Made by a program: the position numbers and the translations under genes. From the NCBI RefSeq assembly GCF_002113885.1, contig NW_018406089.1:1745801-1809800 (forward strand): a stretch of 64,000 nucleotides of DNA, given 5' to 3'. Shown here piece by piece: positions 25,364 to 38,072 of this stretch. Positions within the stretch are counted from its first letter, which is position 1. Every line of letters starts with the position of its first letter. The DNA is from Mizuhopecten yessoensis. Its lineage: Eukaryota. The notes beneath the pieces are model-generated. The model saw only the letters and a list, made by a program, of their open reading frames with translations, made no database searches and was not told the DNA's origin.

Positions 25364-27599
25364 CAGTTATTGGTACACGGACTTACTCTGACATCCATTA
25401 TTGAGATAAGAACATAAACCACCATTGAAGTATACATCTTTATTTTTCATTGGATCATGAGCTTAATCCGTCGTTCGATTATGAATTTAAAACACCGTTA
25501 CATGTACCTTTGGATTGTGGAGTTAATTAGTTATTCGGTTAGGATCCTTTCCTACAGTAAGGACTAAAACCGTCATTATGTTCTCTAGACTTTCTTCATG
25601 TTTTGTTTGTAAAAAGGTTATAATATCAACCAATCAACTTGGCCAGTTACAATAAGGAATGTAAAACAGTTCTCAAAGTATATAATATTACTGTTCATCA
25701 AACAATTTTCGTGAGGGTTTTTTTCGCGAACGTTTTTCACCCTTTAAAAGACTTAGCTCTCTAAAAGAATACAATGTATCAACTACACGTTTTGCAACTG
25801 TAAAACGGATCGCTATGAAGAATGGCATACAAAATGTACATATTAACATATGATAATATTCCTCAGTCTCGGTAAATTTTTTTAACAAAAACGCATATCT
25901 ACAGCGTAAGTTCATGTCGGTGTAAACCTTTCGAAGATTTCTTTCAATATGCGTTTGTCTCTTCTAGCGAAATAACCCAAAAAGGAACACGAAAAGTAGA
26001 TATATGTATACAGTGAGTAAAACAAAAACAAAACCACGCCAGCTACATGGTTCGTGTATATAGCGTTACAATAAAGCGGTCATTATATAATAATATCAGC
26101 ATTTTTTTTTTATTGTTTTAGGTTGTTTTGGTTTTATTTTTCATTTATCGCTTTGATAACAATTATGCATACTATTTTGTTGTGTCGAATCTTTTGTTTG
26201 AAATGTTAAGAAACGTAATACGGTTGTATGATACTTGTATTAATAGTTTTCAACAAAAACGCCTCCATATCCACATTTATATTTCAAAGAATGCAATTGT
26301 ACATAATATTACACGGGAAAAGTACCGTGATTTATCTATAATTACATATTAGCGGACATTCTGGTTATAAATCGATTTTTAGTACTTGTACCTGGATTTT
26401 ATCATAACAATTCAAATTTTATTAGAATGCACCTTTGAAATTGCAAAAAACGGTTTAATAAAAAAATATAGTATCATATTCACAAATAAAAGTTTGCAAA
26501 TAATTCTGGGTTTTTTTGACAACTATAGTCTATATGCAAACAACAAAAAATGTACGGCATATTTCCGATGTATCATTAATTTTCACAATAACCAAAAACA
26601 TTGGATTTTTTTCATTTAATCTTTCTTCACCTTTTGTACATCTTTCAGTACTCTCTCCCCCATCCTCCTCTTTGCTATATACTAAAGTGTGTAATATAAG
26701 TCAGTGCTGTCCAATCGCCGCTTCGTAAAATATTGAGACAGATTAACATAAGTACGCTGTACTTGTTTTCGATTCCTATATATGCATATCATGTTTACAT
26801 TACCTAAATATTATACCGACAATAATATAAAGTTTAAACTTAAATTAGGAATATTTTCTTTTTACTTTAAAAAACCCTGGAAAATCTTACTTATTTTCCG
26901 AGTGTCTGCATTTTCTCCAATAAGTAAAACATAAGCTACATTATGTACGACCATTATTTAATGATTTATAAAATTTTACTTTATGAAATGAATAACAAAT
27001 ATATAGCGAGTATGGACCAAATTTATGTGATTTACAATCTATACCTGATACAATGTCAAAAGGGATAAATTTAGTTTGACCCGTGCTGTCTATTATAACA
27101 TAAAACAATGAAAAACTATGATAATTTCAGTTAAACATGCTTATTAAATTAATAAACACCATCAAAATTTATACTCAAAATAATGTCATTAATATCAGAG
27201 TCTATGTTGCCGTATGTAACCGTATATATCAAATTTCTTAATAACGTAGAACATTTTCCTATCAAAATTATAATTATTAATATACAAATGTAATGTTAGT
27301 TAGATTTGAATCAAATTAATGATAGATTATAAAATCAAAAATAATGCAATTTGTATTATGTACAACACTCCTAGCTTGTTCGATCATGTCCAATTACTAA
27401 TCAACATGATGCAGTGATCAATATCAGTAATTAACAATACAATGAAATTATATAAAAATTGAAATCATTCTTACAGTCAAAAACGCTACAAGTGGATTGT
27501 GTTGTTCAACCTCCTATCTGACTTGATTCTGTAGAAATACATACAGTTACATGTTGGTTGAGGTAGTTTGCCCATTGATTGAATATTAACCTTTCCTTA

Positions 27600-27870
27600 C
27601 CTTTAGCCCGGGGACTTCCTACAACCACTGCTTCCGACTCCAGATCAACTCATCGGAAATTCCAATAAACCCAGGATGCCATTAGCTCCGGAAGCTGACC
27701 CGTCAATCACCCGGGTGCCCTTGTCTTGGAAACGGAAGCCACGCCCCCTTCATCCATTACCTGACACGTGCGGTTCGTCTATTAATTGCCCAATATAATT
27801 ACAATCATGCCATTTTGTCTTTTGATTTGCTAATCGTTTCGTTTTATTATTTCCTTTCCTGATAAAGAGA
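27600..27870. promoter_or_regulatory. Candidate promoter/enhancer upstream of the ETS gene
   Basis: GC-richer island with about 6 GGA(A/T) ETS cores (ACTTCCT, GCTTCCG, CGGAAAT, CAGGATG, CCGGAAGC, ACGGAAGC), kB-like GGGGACTTCC (27610-27619), KLF CCACGCCC, E-box CACGTG, RUNX-type TGCGGT and TGATAA. A possible non-coding exon donor (GTAAGA on minus) lies near 27474. Confidence 0.45.
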
Positions 27871-30489
27871 TTGAACCTATTTGATCAGAACATGTAATGA
27901 AACAGGGACATGCGTCTCGGTAAGATGTGATTAGCTCTATAAGAATCAAACTTGGAGTCCAGTATGAAAACATTAATAATAAAAATAATATTTCAACTTG
28001 AAATAACTGACTTAATCCTTTTCAAACGGTAAAATGTCAGAAATAAATGTCCCCGAATGAATTAAAACAATTTAACAAATGATTTATTTTAATAAATCTT
28101 ATTGATTTAAGATATTGATTTTATTTTGTTTAAATCATCAATTTCTGATCACCGCTGATAAATGGGACCGATTTTATTAATGTTGTTATTCATTTTATTG
28201 CAAACACCTGTTTCTATGGTTCGCGTACTACAAATCGATTTCTTTATTAAGACAGAGATGGGAGTTTATCATGATAAAGATCATCAGAATAAAACTCAAG
28301 CATGCATCCGTTGATGGTATCTATAGAAACATTCGATTTTTTAAGTCGAGGACAAATTCTATTTCATTTCTAAACTCATGGGTTTTGTGTTTATATATGA
28401 TTATGACGCATTGACAAAAATATACATTACGGGAGCTAACATCAGATTCACGGCACCATTCATCGAATCCTACAATTGGAATTAAAAAATGTAGAAAATG
28501 ACAATTTCCTATTTTCTTGTGTTGGGTTGTAACGAATCGGAGTGTGTACCGACTCCGGACTACTTCATTAGCGTGCGTCGCCAGCTTCTGCGTGTATCGC
28601 TATCGGCCTGATCTCACCGTAACACCCATCTAGCCACGTAACTCGTATAGATTATGAATTATCTCGACACTTTCCATTTCGGAAATGTTCAACTTTAAAA
28701 GTCACGGAATCTATTTCCGCGTTAATGTGCTCGCTGAGCAGGTGCTGTGTTCTCGTGTCGCCTTGCTTCAAAGGGACAAACGCAATGGCCTGGCTCCATT
28801 GTCTTAGACAAATTGCTCTATTCCATCTCTTATCGCGGCCGCTTCATGTCTATCGTCAATGGCAATGAATATTTAATGAGCAATTGTTAAGATGTCTATT
28901 TGGTCTCCTTTTAACCTGTCTCTAGCCATATACCGCAATATAGGGAATACCTTCAGGAGAAATTGTGCGGAAAACGTCATCGGAAACTCTAAGGCTTGAA
29001 TGATTAAGACTGTAGATCCGTAAATATGTTAGGAGACGATCTTGTGAAGACGATATATTGGAGATATCACTAAACACCTCCCCGAGACGTTCGTTTTATA
29101 TAGTCCGCACTAATGGTGAGAAGATCAATCGAGTCACGTGATCTACTTAATTTATCAATTAAAATCGTTTTATGTTTAAGTACAGTTGTGCTGCTTCCTT
29201 TGTTGTGGCACTTATAACATTGATATGACCTGGATGACCAGCGTAAGGTCTGTCCTGTCTGTCCTGGGGGAAAATCTGCCGGAGCACACTGAAGAGGACG
29301 CGAGTAGACTGTGTTGAGTGATGTATATATTTGATCAGTTAATAATTTGGATAACGTGAGGGTACTTAAGATGGAACACTTTTCAAAGATATTTTTTTAT
29401 TTCGTTTCTGTTAACCATTTTTTAATGAAATAATAGATGCCTTTAGCTTAAATTTTATGTATTTCTTAAGTATACCTAGCGTGTGTGTCTATCACTAGAG
29501 CTCATTTAGTTGAGCCGGGTTCGCCTGGAAGGTTTAGCTTACCTGGTACCTAAACAGGAACATATCATCAACTTAAACTAACTGACATTATTTATTTATT
29601 TATTATTTAAATTTATTTATTTTAGGAAAGTTTGGACAATTCTGATAGTTTTTGTCAATTGTTTATTAAAATATTTATTTTAAAAAAAACCACATTTGTC
29701 TGTATTTAGAAATGTGATAAGATATTTATGTCCTCGCACCGTACTATTTCCCCGGAATAATTTTCATTTATTTATTTCTAATTTTTCAATTGAGTTACAG
29801 AGCATCGTACAAAGGGTAGGCAGATTATCTGTGCCCTAACTGCTTAAACCTGTATAAACTTTAGTTTAGACTAGATACCATTTATTTGTATTACAAAATA
29901 AAAATGCTGCATCAGATACATGTTTATGAAACGTTGTCCATTATTGATTTTAGGTACCCTAACGCTATCGTATTCCGGAAGACTCAAACCCAGATATTGA
30001 CATTTTATGAGTGATTTCCAGGAATTTTCATATATTGCTTTAAAGTCTGTAAGTTTTTTCTGTCGTTTTACTTTTTTCGAGTGAATTAATTCGTAGTGTC
30101 TGGATAAAACCATCGTCAGGACGCGTGAGGCTTTCATTTCTTTATTCCTCCAAATTGAAGAGTTGCATGTAGATGTATATGAACATAAATATAAATAAAC
30201 ACAGAAAAAGAAATCATATGTAAAGTAAAGAAAAAGGAGATATTCTAAAGTGATCGAAACCAATGTATGTAACTAGACATGTAAAAGACTACATGTTAGT
30301 GAACAAAGCAAACACATATGATTACAAAGCTTCACAAATATATGATGGAGTATAATGATAATGGTTATAAACTGTAGTAAGAAGAGTCTACAGAGGAACG
30401 CAATATATATATATATATATATAATAAAAAGTGATTAAATGTCCATGTGAAGGAAGTTAATATAGAAAAAATAAAATTAACGACCGACT

Positions 30490-30536
30490 AAAAAACTAGC
30501 TGCTTTCACCCTTCACAGGGCTCTTCAGGTTTATTC
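30490..30536 (-). ncRNA. Minimal type I hammerhead ribozyme motif in a Penelope-like terminal-repeat remnant
   Basis: Minus strand AAUAAAC CUGAAGA GCCCU GUGA AGGGU GAAA GCAGC UA GUUUUUU: conserved core, 5-bp stem II, minimal stem III, stem I AAAC/GUUU. Next to (TA)n at 30403-30423. Confidence 0.65.
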
Positions 30537-31349
30537 AAAAGAGAACAACGTCGTGACGTCACAATTACATGTCATCACACTACAATAGTAACGTGACGTC
30601 ACGAAGTACACAAGATTGGTGGACAATTTGGCGTAAAATTTTATTGTGGCCTGTTGAGACTCGGTTTTAATATTTTTATTAGTTGGTCTTCTTTCGTTTC
30701 TCTTAAAATAGTGTCTGATGAAAATAGTTGATACAAAGGTAATACATTAAATTTATCTCCAGCACATTCATGAATATGTTTGTTAACATGAAGATTTCGT
30801 AATGAATCAGTTCTAGTTTGTTGTCTATGTATATATATATATATATATATACGTGAACCTTACTGTGAATTGACATAAAGGTTTCCATGTACAATCATGT
30901 TAGAAAGCGATTTAAATTACATAAAAAAGGATAACAGACAATATAAGGATACTAGATCTACTAGAAGTGGTGTTCTCTCCAATCTCCTCTGGTATTGAAG
31001 ACAAGAAATCCGATGATAATAATAATTTCTCACCATTATTCAATTTTAAAAATTATATAGCTCGTCCATATCTGAGACGCGTCTGAAAACCCTCATCTTT
31101 TACTGTGGAGAAACAAAGTCCTATGCAAGCTATATATATATGCTTCATTTACATTACATGTAAATGCCGATGACCTGTTTTTATCCCCATTATCATTATA
31201 CCAATAATTTTCCCGTATTCTGTTAGTATTTATATATTAAACCTAGTATTTTTGTAAAATATTAGATTTCTTTTAGTTCAAACAGTTGTTGTATTCAATA
31301 CAAAAAATGTAATCCAACTAAAACATAGGACTTTTATTAGTTCAGAGGC

Positions 31350-31854
31350 AATGGAAACTGAATGACCCGAAATAATCGATCACTCTCTCGTGTTATCGAG
31401 ATATTTCTCCGATATAAACGAAATCCGTATCTTATATTAAACGGAACAAGATATCTCGTATTAACGAGATTGCTACACTTAATTATAATAACCAGATCGG
31501 GATCCATACGTGTACATGTCTTGTTACCGAGATCCGTGACACGTATTAATGAAAACAATATCTTATATATCTCGTACGAATCAGATCAATATCTCGTATT
31601 TAAGACATCTCTATCTCGTGTTACCGAGATCCGTACTTCGTTATGACGAAATCGCTTTCTCGTATTATCACTGATATCAATGTGTCGAATAATACAGCCA
31701 ACTAAAGTGTATCTCGTAATATTGAGGTCCACATCTCGGTATAATGAGATTCAGATTGTGTGTTAACGAGACCGAAATCTCGTATAAACGAGATAGAAAG
31801 AACATTTAATAGGAAAGTACACGTTATGTTAAATGGCCGGTGCAATTGTCCATA
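31350..31854. mobile_element. Degenerate IS3EU-like non-autonomous element with CTCGT..ACGAG palindromic subrepeats (second copy ~42290-42950)
   Basis: Ends ATGGCCGGTGCAATTGTCCATA (..RTA terminus) and contains repeated ATCTCGTATTAACGAGAT palindromes. Left end and TSD not clear. Confidence 0.5.
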
Positions 31855-32266
31855 GATTATATAGACTGAGGTACAAGTCTTAGTGAATACTATTCTGGTG
31901 CTATACCGGAAGTACAAAAGGATCGGGGAAATAACAGATATAAATCATACTTTTATTAACATCGTCGAACGAAATAAATTTCACCAGCTGAACACAAACA
32001 GCGACAGAGCGTATTAAATTTACAAATATCGTGCTCTGGTTCTTAACTTTTATGACTTCTTTTAAATATGTATATCCAGAGGTTAGTGCCAACCTGGTAC
32101 AAAAGATAAGGCTGAAGTAGCTAAAACAAACCCTGTAGAGGTAGACCAGTGTCTGTGTAACCGATCAGATGGCGCAATGCTTCTGAATTTTGTATTGATA
32201 TGTATGGCTTGTATTTCCGGTACTCTTGGACATACAGCGGCGTTGCATCTAAACGTCGCAGACATT

Positions 32267-32643
32267 TTGCTTCTATGAACCAGGAAAGGAAAAAATGGAT
32301 GACCAGACCGATATTCCAACCCAGGGTCCTCCCTTCGAACTCTAGACGGATGCTCTACCCATTTAGCTTACTACTCGCCGGCGAACGACCCAGTCCAGTT
32401 CCGCTACACTCCCCTTCTCTTTATAAGTTTTTTTTTTATCCTGGATTACAACTGTGAACACCATATAAGACCAAGGTTTGGCCTCTTTACAAGTATTCAC
32501 CAGGTTCTTTTAACAAAGGTCGGTAGTTGGTACCATGGTAACAAGAGATAAACAAAATACACGGCCGGACCGTGATTCGAACCCGGGACCCTCCAAAATC
32601 TAGACGGACGTTCTCCCAAATGATCCAGTTCAGTTCAGCTCCG
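32267..32643 (-). repeat. Dimeric tRNA-derived repeat (second copy ~43355-43682)
   Basis: Two tRNA-like units: AGCTAAATGGGTAGAGCATCCGTCTAGA...GGGTTGGAATA and GAACGTCCGTCTAGATTTTGGAGGGTCCCGGGTTCGAATCAC. Both are degenerate, not functional tRNAs. Confidence 0.65.
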
Positions 32644-32667
32644 CTACATATATACATCATGAATGTG

Positions 32668-33700
32668 TAGCTCACCTTGCCCAAAGGGTAAATAAAGATA
32701 GTTTATTTCGTGATGCCACGTCCGTCTTTCATTCGTCCAGTGTCAATATTTTATTTAAACGACATATCTTCTTGATAACGAAAAGACCTTCATATAAACT
32801 GATGATATTTGGCAAGTAGTCTGCCGGGATGTAATGACTTGCATCCTTATTCGAGGTCACAGGGGCCAAATGTGTTGATAACATTTAAACAATTTCTTTA
32901 TACTAACCAAAAGTATTGGCTGATAATGTTTGATCGGTAACATGCTCCGATGAAGAGCTACCATTTGTTCAAATTAATGACCTTTTCCCTTACTCAATAA
33001 ACTGCAGACACAGGATATTTACATAATAAGGCCAGAAGCATACTTTGACGAACGGCAGTCATGATAATCCAAATAAATAACCTTTACCCATATTCAAGAT
33101 CACATTGTTTGAATGTGTTAAAAATGTTTAAAACTGCTTCTTCCGAGTAACCAAAAGACCTTGGGTAATGATATTTGCTCGACAACCGTAAAATGACTTA
33201 TTTTGAATAAACTACAGGCCTAAGGCGCTAGTACAAATGGGTATCAAGATTGTATTGTGTAAATGAATGACCTTCACTCATATTCAAGTTCACATTGGTC
33301 AAATGTGTTCGATAACTTGAAACGACGTATTGTGAATAACCAAAAGACCGATGGTAATATCATTTAGCCAGTAGAATGCTGGGACGAAGATATTTCAAAA
33401 TTGTTTAAATGAATTACTTTCATATCTACTTTATATCAAAAGGACAATGGTTAAATAAGTTGAAGAACTTAAGAGCCAGATGTGCTGGAAATATTAAAAC
33501 AACTTCTCTGTACAATTTAAAGGCCTAAGGTAGGTAGTTTTGCCGTTCTTGGATGAAGGGCTACTATCGAGCTTGTTCAAGTGATTGATTTTGATCCACT
33601 TTTATTGTCACAAGGTAAAATTTGCATAAACCTTCAAGAACCTCTTCTCAATAAACAAAAACCACAGGATGATAATACATGGCAAGCATTTTCCAGTTAA
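32668..33700. mobile_element. Degenerate HINE-like MITE with internal ~150-bp repeats
   Basis: Starts TAGCTCACCTTGCCCAAAGGG, has a GTCCGTC seed and repeated TGACCTT/AAGGTCACAGGGGTCAAA motifs. Confidence 0.55.
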
Positions 33701-34012
33701 TCATTCTGATGTAAATTGCAATGCCGCTGAAACAAACATTAATTATTTTTTGAAAAATAGTTTTCTGATGTTTACCTGATAATATTTTCACATAATTCTG
33801 TTAAGTGTTTTTCAAGATAAGACACTTAAACAAAAATTTGTTGAATCTTTAAAAAATAATTTTCTAATGTTTCTCTGGTAGTAATTTTCAATATAATGCA
33901 AGTTAATCTCGGAATTAAATATTAACAATAAGATTGCGGTAAGATAAATACAAACAGACAAATAAAACAAATAACAACAAATCCTCCAACATTATCCTCA
34001 AGATCCGTATCT

Positions 34013-34689
34013 TACGGGGGAGAATAAGGGCCATGTAGAAGAAAAATGATTTCGTTATAAACTATAAACTTTCCGCATTAAAATGACCTTGATCTAATTT
34101 CAAGGTCACAGGGGTCAAATATGTTAAACAGTTCAAACAACAAATTTTAAAGGACCATACGTGCTAAAGTCATGCGACTTGGATATGTTATGAACACCAG
34201 CAGTGCAAATCTTTTTCCTAATTACAGTAATGAGGTCAAAGGTCAACTTTAAGTGCTAGTCAGGGGTCAAAAGTCTACATTGGTTAAAAGCTTTTAAAAT
34301 TTTCTTCTCAAGTTCCATAAGGCCCAGGGTAATGATATTTGGCCAGTGGGTACCTGGGATGGAATGCTCCTCATAAAAATGACATTGACCTATTTCCAAG
34401 GTCACAGGGGTCAAATATGTTAAAACCTTCAAACAACAATATCTTAAGAACCATTTGGTTTAGAGTCATGATACTTGGGTATGTTATATAGACCAGCTGT
34501 GTGAATCGTTTTCTGTATTACAGTATTGAGGTCAAAGGTCAACTTTAAGTGCTAGCCGGAGTCAGGGTTAAGGGTTGGGTTTAAAAGATTTAAAAATAAA
34601 GTTTCAAATTTCAAACAGCAATATCGTGTTATTTTCACGAAAAAACGAAACTTATTTTTTTCTACATATGACCCTAATGCTCTTCCGTA
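34013..34689. mobile_element. Non-autonomous IS3EU element (TACGG..CCGTA TIRs, 6-bp TSD) with a nested HINE-like fragment
   Basis: GTATCT|TACGGGGGAGAATAAGGGCCATGTAGAA ... TTCTACATATGACCCTAATGCTCTTCCGTA|GTATTT. Confidence 0.75.
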
Positions 34690-35598
34690 GTATTTCGTAG
34701 TAATGAGATCAATTTATCAGATGACATGTGTTGGTTTCTATATATTAAACCGACCGAGGTATATAAGTGCACACTACCCTTGTGATATATAGGAAGTATT
34801 GAAGGAATGGGAAAACATCTGGCACCAAATATTTGTTTCTTCACCAACTTAAAACCCATGAAAAACATCATCATGAAATCAGTATATAGATTGACGCCCC
34901 CTTTCCAATGATCGTGTTCTAGTTTTTATCTGGTAATGCCTACTGCTGTAAATGTTGAGATTAAGTGTCATACTAGAACAAAAGATAAGATTGGAGGAAC
35001 CTACACTAGAATTTTATGGGTAAAACACCGTCTGTGAGACCGAGATGGTTGTGATTTTTGAACTAACGAAAATGGCCGCTACTTTGGACATGTAGATTTA
35101 CTACTACTCAATTTTCAATATCTCATGACATGGCTTTGTTTTGTACATTTAAGTGAATTTTCCTGAAATGAATTTTGTCCCTACAGAAACAAAAGGGAAG
35201 GGTGCCTCTTGAAAATGATCTAAAGACAAAATGCTAACAAAATGCAAGTATGTATATCCGATGATATTGCTTTTCTGATAGACTGTGATGCGAGTCTTTA
35301 CCAGACATAAAACCGGAACTGCGAAGAAATGGGAAATGATCAGATATCAATTCTATGATAACTTACATCGTCGAACGATGTAAACTTCAACAACTTGAAA
35401 AAAAACCACAAAAAGTATTCCAACACAAAACGTATCAAAATATCAGTATGTAGATTGTCGTCCCCTTTCCAAAGGTCGTGACAACTGCTATATATGTATA
35501 TCCTTAGGTTTAGTGTTAACTTGGTACAAAAAGATAAGGCTGAAGTTATAAACTAGCGCAAGCTGCAATAATAAGTCAGTGTCTGTTAGAACGATAAG

Positions 35599-37606
35599 AT
35601 GACCACCATGTTTGTGAATCTCGTACTGATCACATGTTTGACCGGTTCTTTAGGAAATATGGTTGAAAAAGAGCTTGACCCTGATATTCCACCTCTGCTG
35701 TTGCATGTTCTTGACCCTGGCAGCCTGCCGCTATCACAAAGGGACCCAGAACCTGGAACTCCTCCCCTACAACGGCGGGACCTTAAACACGAAAATCCCG
35801 CGCTAAAACGACAGGAAGTTGACCACGGAAATTCACCTCAAGAATGGCAGGACCTTGTCACTTTCGTTAACGAGAAAATTGAAGGTATGGAACGACTACT
35901 AACCGAAAAGGACGAACGCATTGATCAACTGGAATTAAACGTAGCTATTCAGAAGACTGAAATCAAGCAGCTAAAATGGGGGTTGACGTCACTTGAGGAA
36001 GAAGTATCAGAGAAAAATGAAGTTGTCGGCAAATTGGTGGCAAGAGTATCAGCCTTAGAGGGAATGGTGATGTCTGATGCCATTACAAGTGGACGTGACA
36101 CTGTTAGATCTCAGAGGACTGAGAACGAATCTCAAACTGACCTGGTCAAAACTTCGGACTCCAGACCTGGATCTAATGCTGAGAAGATGTTAACCTCACC
36201 ACCTGCTGTTCCTAAAACCTCAAACTATCAAAATGCTAGAACTGTGCTGCCTCGCTTTGAGTATCTCCTGAATAAATCTGACGACGAAGAATATGTTGTA
36301 AACACTGATAACGGGTCCGAAGATTTATCGATAGCGAAGCACTCAAAATTCCAACAAAAACGTAAGTACATATCAGAACAAAATAGACACGATGTGTATG
36401 ATGTTTAACTGATGTCTTCATTATAACTTTAACGTATTACAGCAAATGTAATAATTTAAAGTTAATCTTAAGTGAGTAGTTCGATTATGAAAAGACTTTA
36501 TTTTGTTAATCCAATGTCTTAGCAAATGTATTGTGAATTTAATATAAGGTGTCATATTATGTATTAATCCTTCTAGCCTTATAACGCATTTGATAATCCA
36601 TATAGTCTGCATTACGAAAATTGATAATCCCTGTAGTCTGAACTGCGTAAATTGTTAATTCCTATACACTGTATTACGTAAATTAAAACATGAAAACGTA
36701 AACGAAAATATATTTATGTAAACAAAGACAATAATATAAATTTATTATCAATCTATGTATGCTGTGGATGTTGAATGAGAACCCTTCTGCGTGAGGACAC
36801 CATATTGTTCAGGGGCTGACTCCAGGGCTCCCCAACCCTGGCACCCGTATCAAAATAATTATATATGTATATATATATCTTCTTCGAAGCAGTATATTTA
36901 TATACATATTTATGAAAAAAATGGCTGGGGGAATAAAATATTTGTAAAAAAACAACAACAAAAAACAATGCTGTTGTCTTGTAAATATAAGTGTATTTTA
37001 TGTCAGAATTGAAAGCCCTATGTGATATATATGTCTTATGTTTAAAAGATAAACTATTGGAAACGCATTGCAAATCCATATATATAGCAACAAGGTTATA
37101 CATATTTGACAATGATAAAACAGCACGTTTTGAATTGCTATTATTCATTTGTAATATTTTACCTCTTACATTGTATTGTAGGCGTAACGCCTAAAGCTAC
37201 CATAGCTTTCCACGTTGCTTTGTCCACCAGTAAAGTTGTCACAGAAGACGACGTAGTAGTGTATGATCAGGAGACTCTGGACCAGGGGAATGGATACAAC
37301 CCAAGGGAAGGGCTTTACATTACCCCGGAGTCAGGGACCTACGTCCTCACCTGGACCACTCTTTGTAATGCACATGAAGCAATTCAGACTGTTCTTGTTG
37401 TGAATGGAGCTGTAAAAGGAGTATCGTGGACAGATTCGAATGAGATAAACGATTACCACCAAACTACAGCTGTCGTCGTTCTCACACTGAACCAGGGAGA
37501 TCGTGTCTTCATCCGTTTGGGGCATGCTGATGGACACGGGGCAATAGTGAGTAACAGCGCACAGTATACCGGGATATCAACCTTCTCAGGATGGAAGCTA
37601 GACTGA
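35599..37606 (+). CDS. C1qDC gene 1: secreted coiled-coil + gC1q protein, ~395 aa; exons 35599-36361 and 37182-37606
   Basis: Signal peptide, five 12-aa Pro/Asp repeats, heptad coiled coil, Ser/Thr/acidic linker, phase-1 GTAAGT..TAG intron, gC1q motifs (IAFHVAL, GNGYNPREGLY..PESGTYV, LNQGDRVFI, STFSGWKL); AATAAA at 37612. Confidence 0.93.
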
Positions 37607-37890
37607 GGAATAATAAATGGACATAAATATCAAAATAATTTCTATTTCTGGCTTTGTTACACTTACTCCCGATAAAAAACACACTTACTCCTTATGAAAT
37701 ATTGTTTCTTCTCTTTGGTTCGTTTTACTTATTAGTCAATATCAGCTTCTATCAGTGTCTGGCTAACTGTACGAAGTGTAGATACCTCACAATCAAAACA
37801 GTACAGCTGCCATTGATAGGGTTTGAATGAATCGGGTTAGGAATTACAATGTATGTGCTGTAGCATCATCAATGACAATTCATAACGTAT

Positions 37891-38072
37891 GCGCCGCGGT
37901 GGCTAAGTGGTTAATAGTCTGACTGTCCCTCCACCACTGGGTCACGGGTTCGAGGCCTACGTGAGGTAGGCGCCAGGTACTGACTGTAAGTCGGTGGTTT
38001 ATCTCCGAATCCTGGCACGTCCTTTAATGGCCAAAGATGTTAATAGGACGTTAAACACAAACAAACTAAACC
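37891..38072 (+). mobile_element. tRNA-derived SINE (same family as 3211-3435)
   Basis: A box GGTGGCTAAGTGG, B box GGGTTCGAGGCC, tail GGCACGTCCTTTAATGGCC..GTTAATAGGACGTTAAA. Confidence 0.8.

Larger units (their letters stand above)
30014..37606 (+). repeat. Segmental duplication unit 1 (upstream region + C1qDC gene 1)
   Basis: Colinear with 41777-48120, sharing nested repeats, promoter, exon 1, intron and exon 2, with unit-specific indels (e.g. ~30137-30967 only here). Confidence 0.9.

Noticed and set aside
28529-29800. Solo LTR starting TGTAACG
   Set aside because: No matching end with a TSD could be established.
32267-32643. Functional tRNA genes
   Set aside because: Acceptor and anticodon stems are broken, and the units are duplicated as part of a repeat.
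37106-37181. ORF N-terminal extension resembling a signal peptide for a standalone gC1q protein (also 47626-47701)
   Set aside because: Begins at a non-ATG codon in the track, overlaps the intron acceptor region, and exon 1 supplies the real signal peptide.
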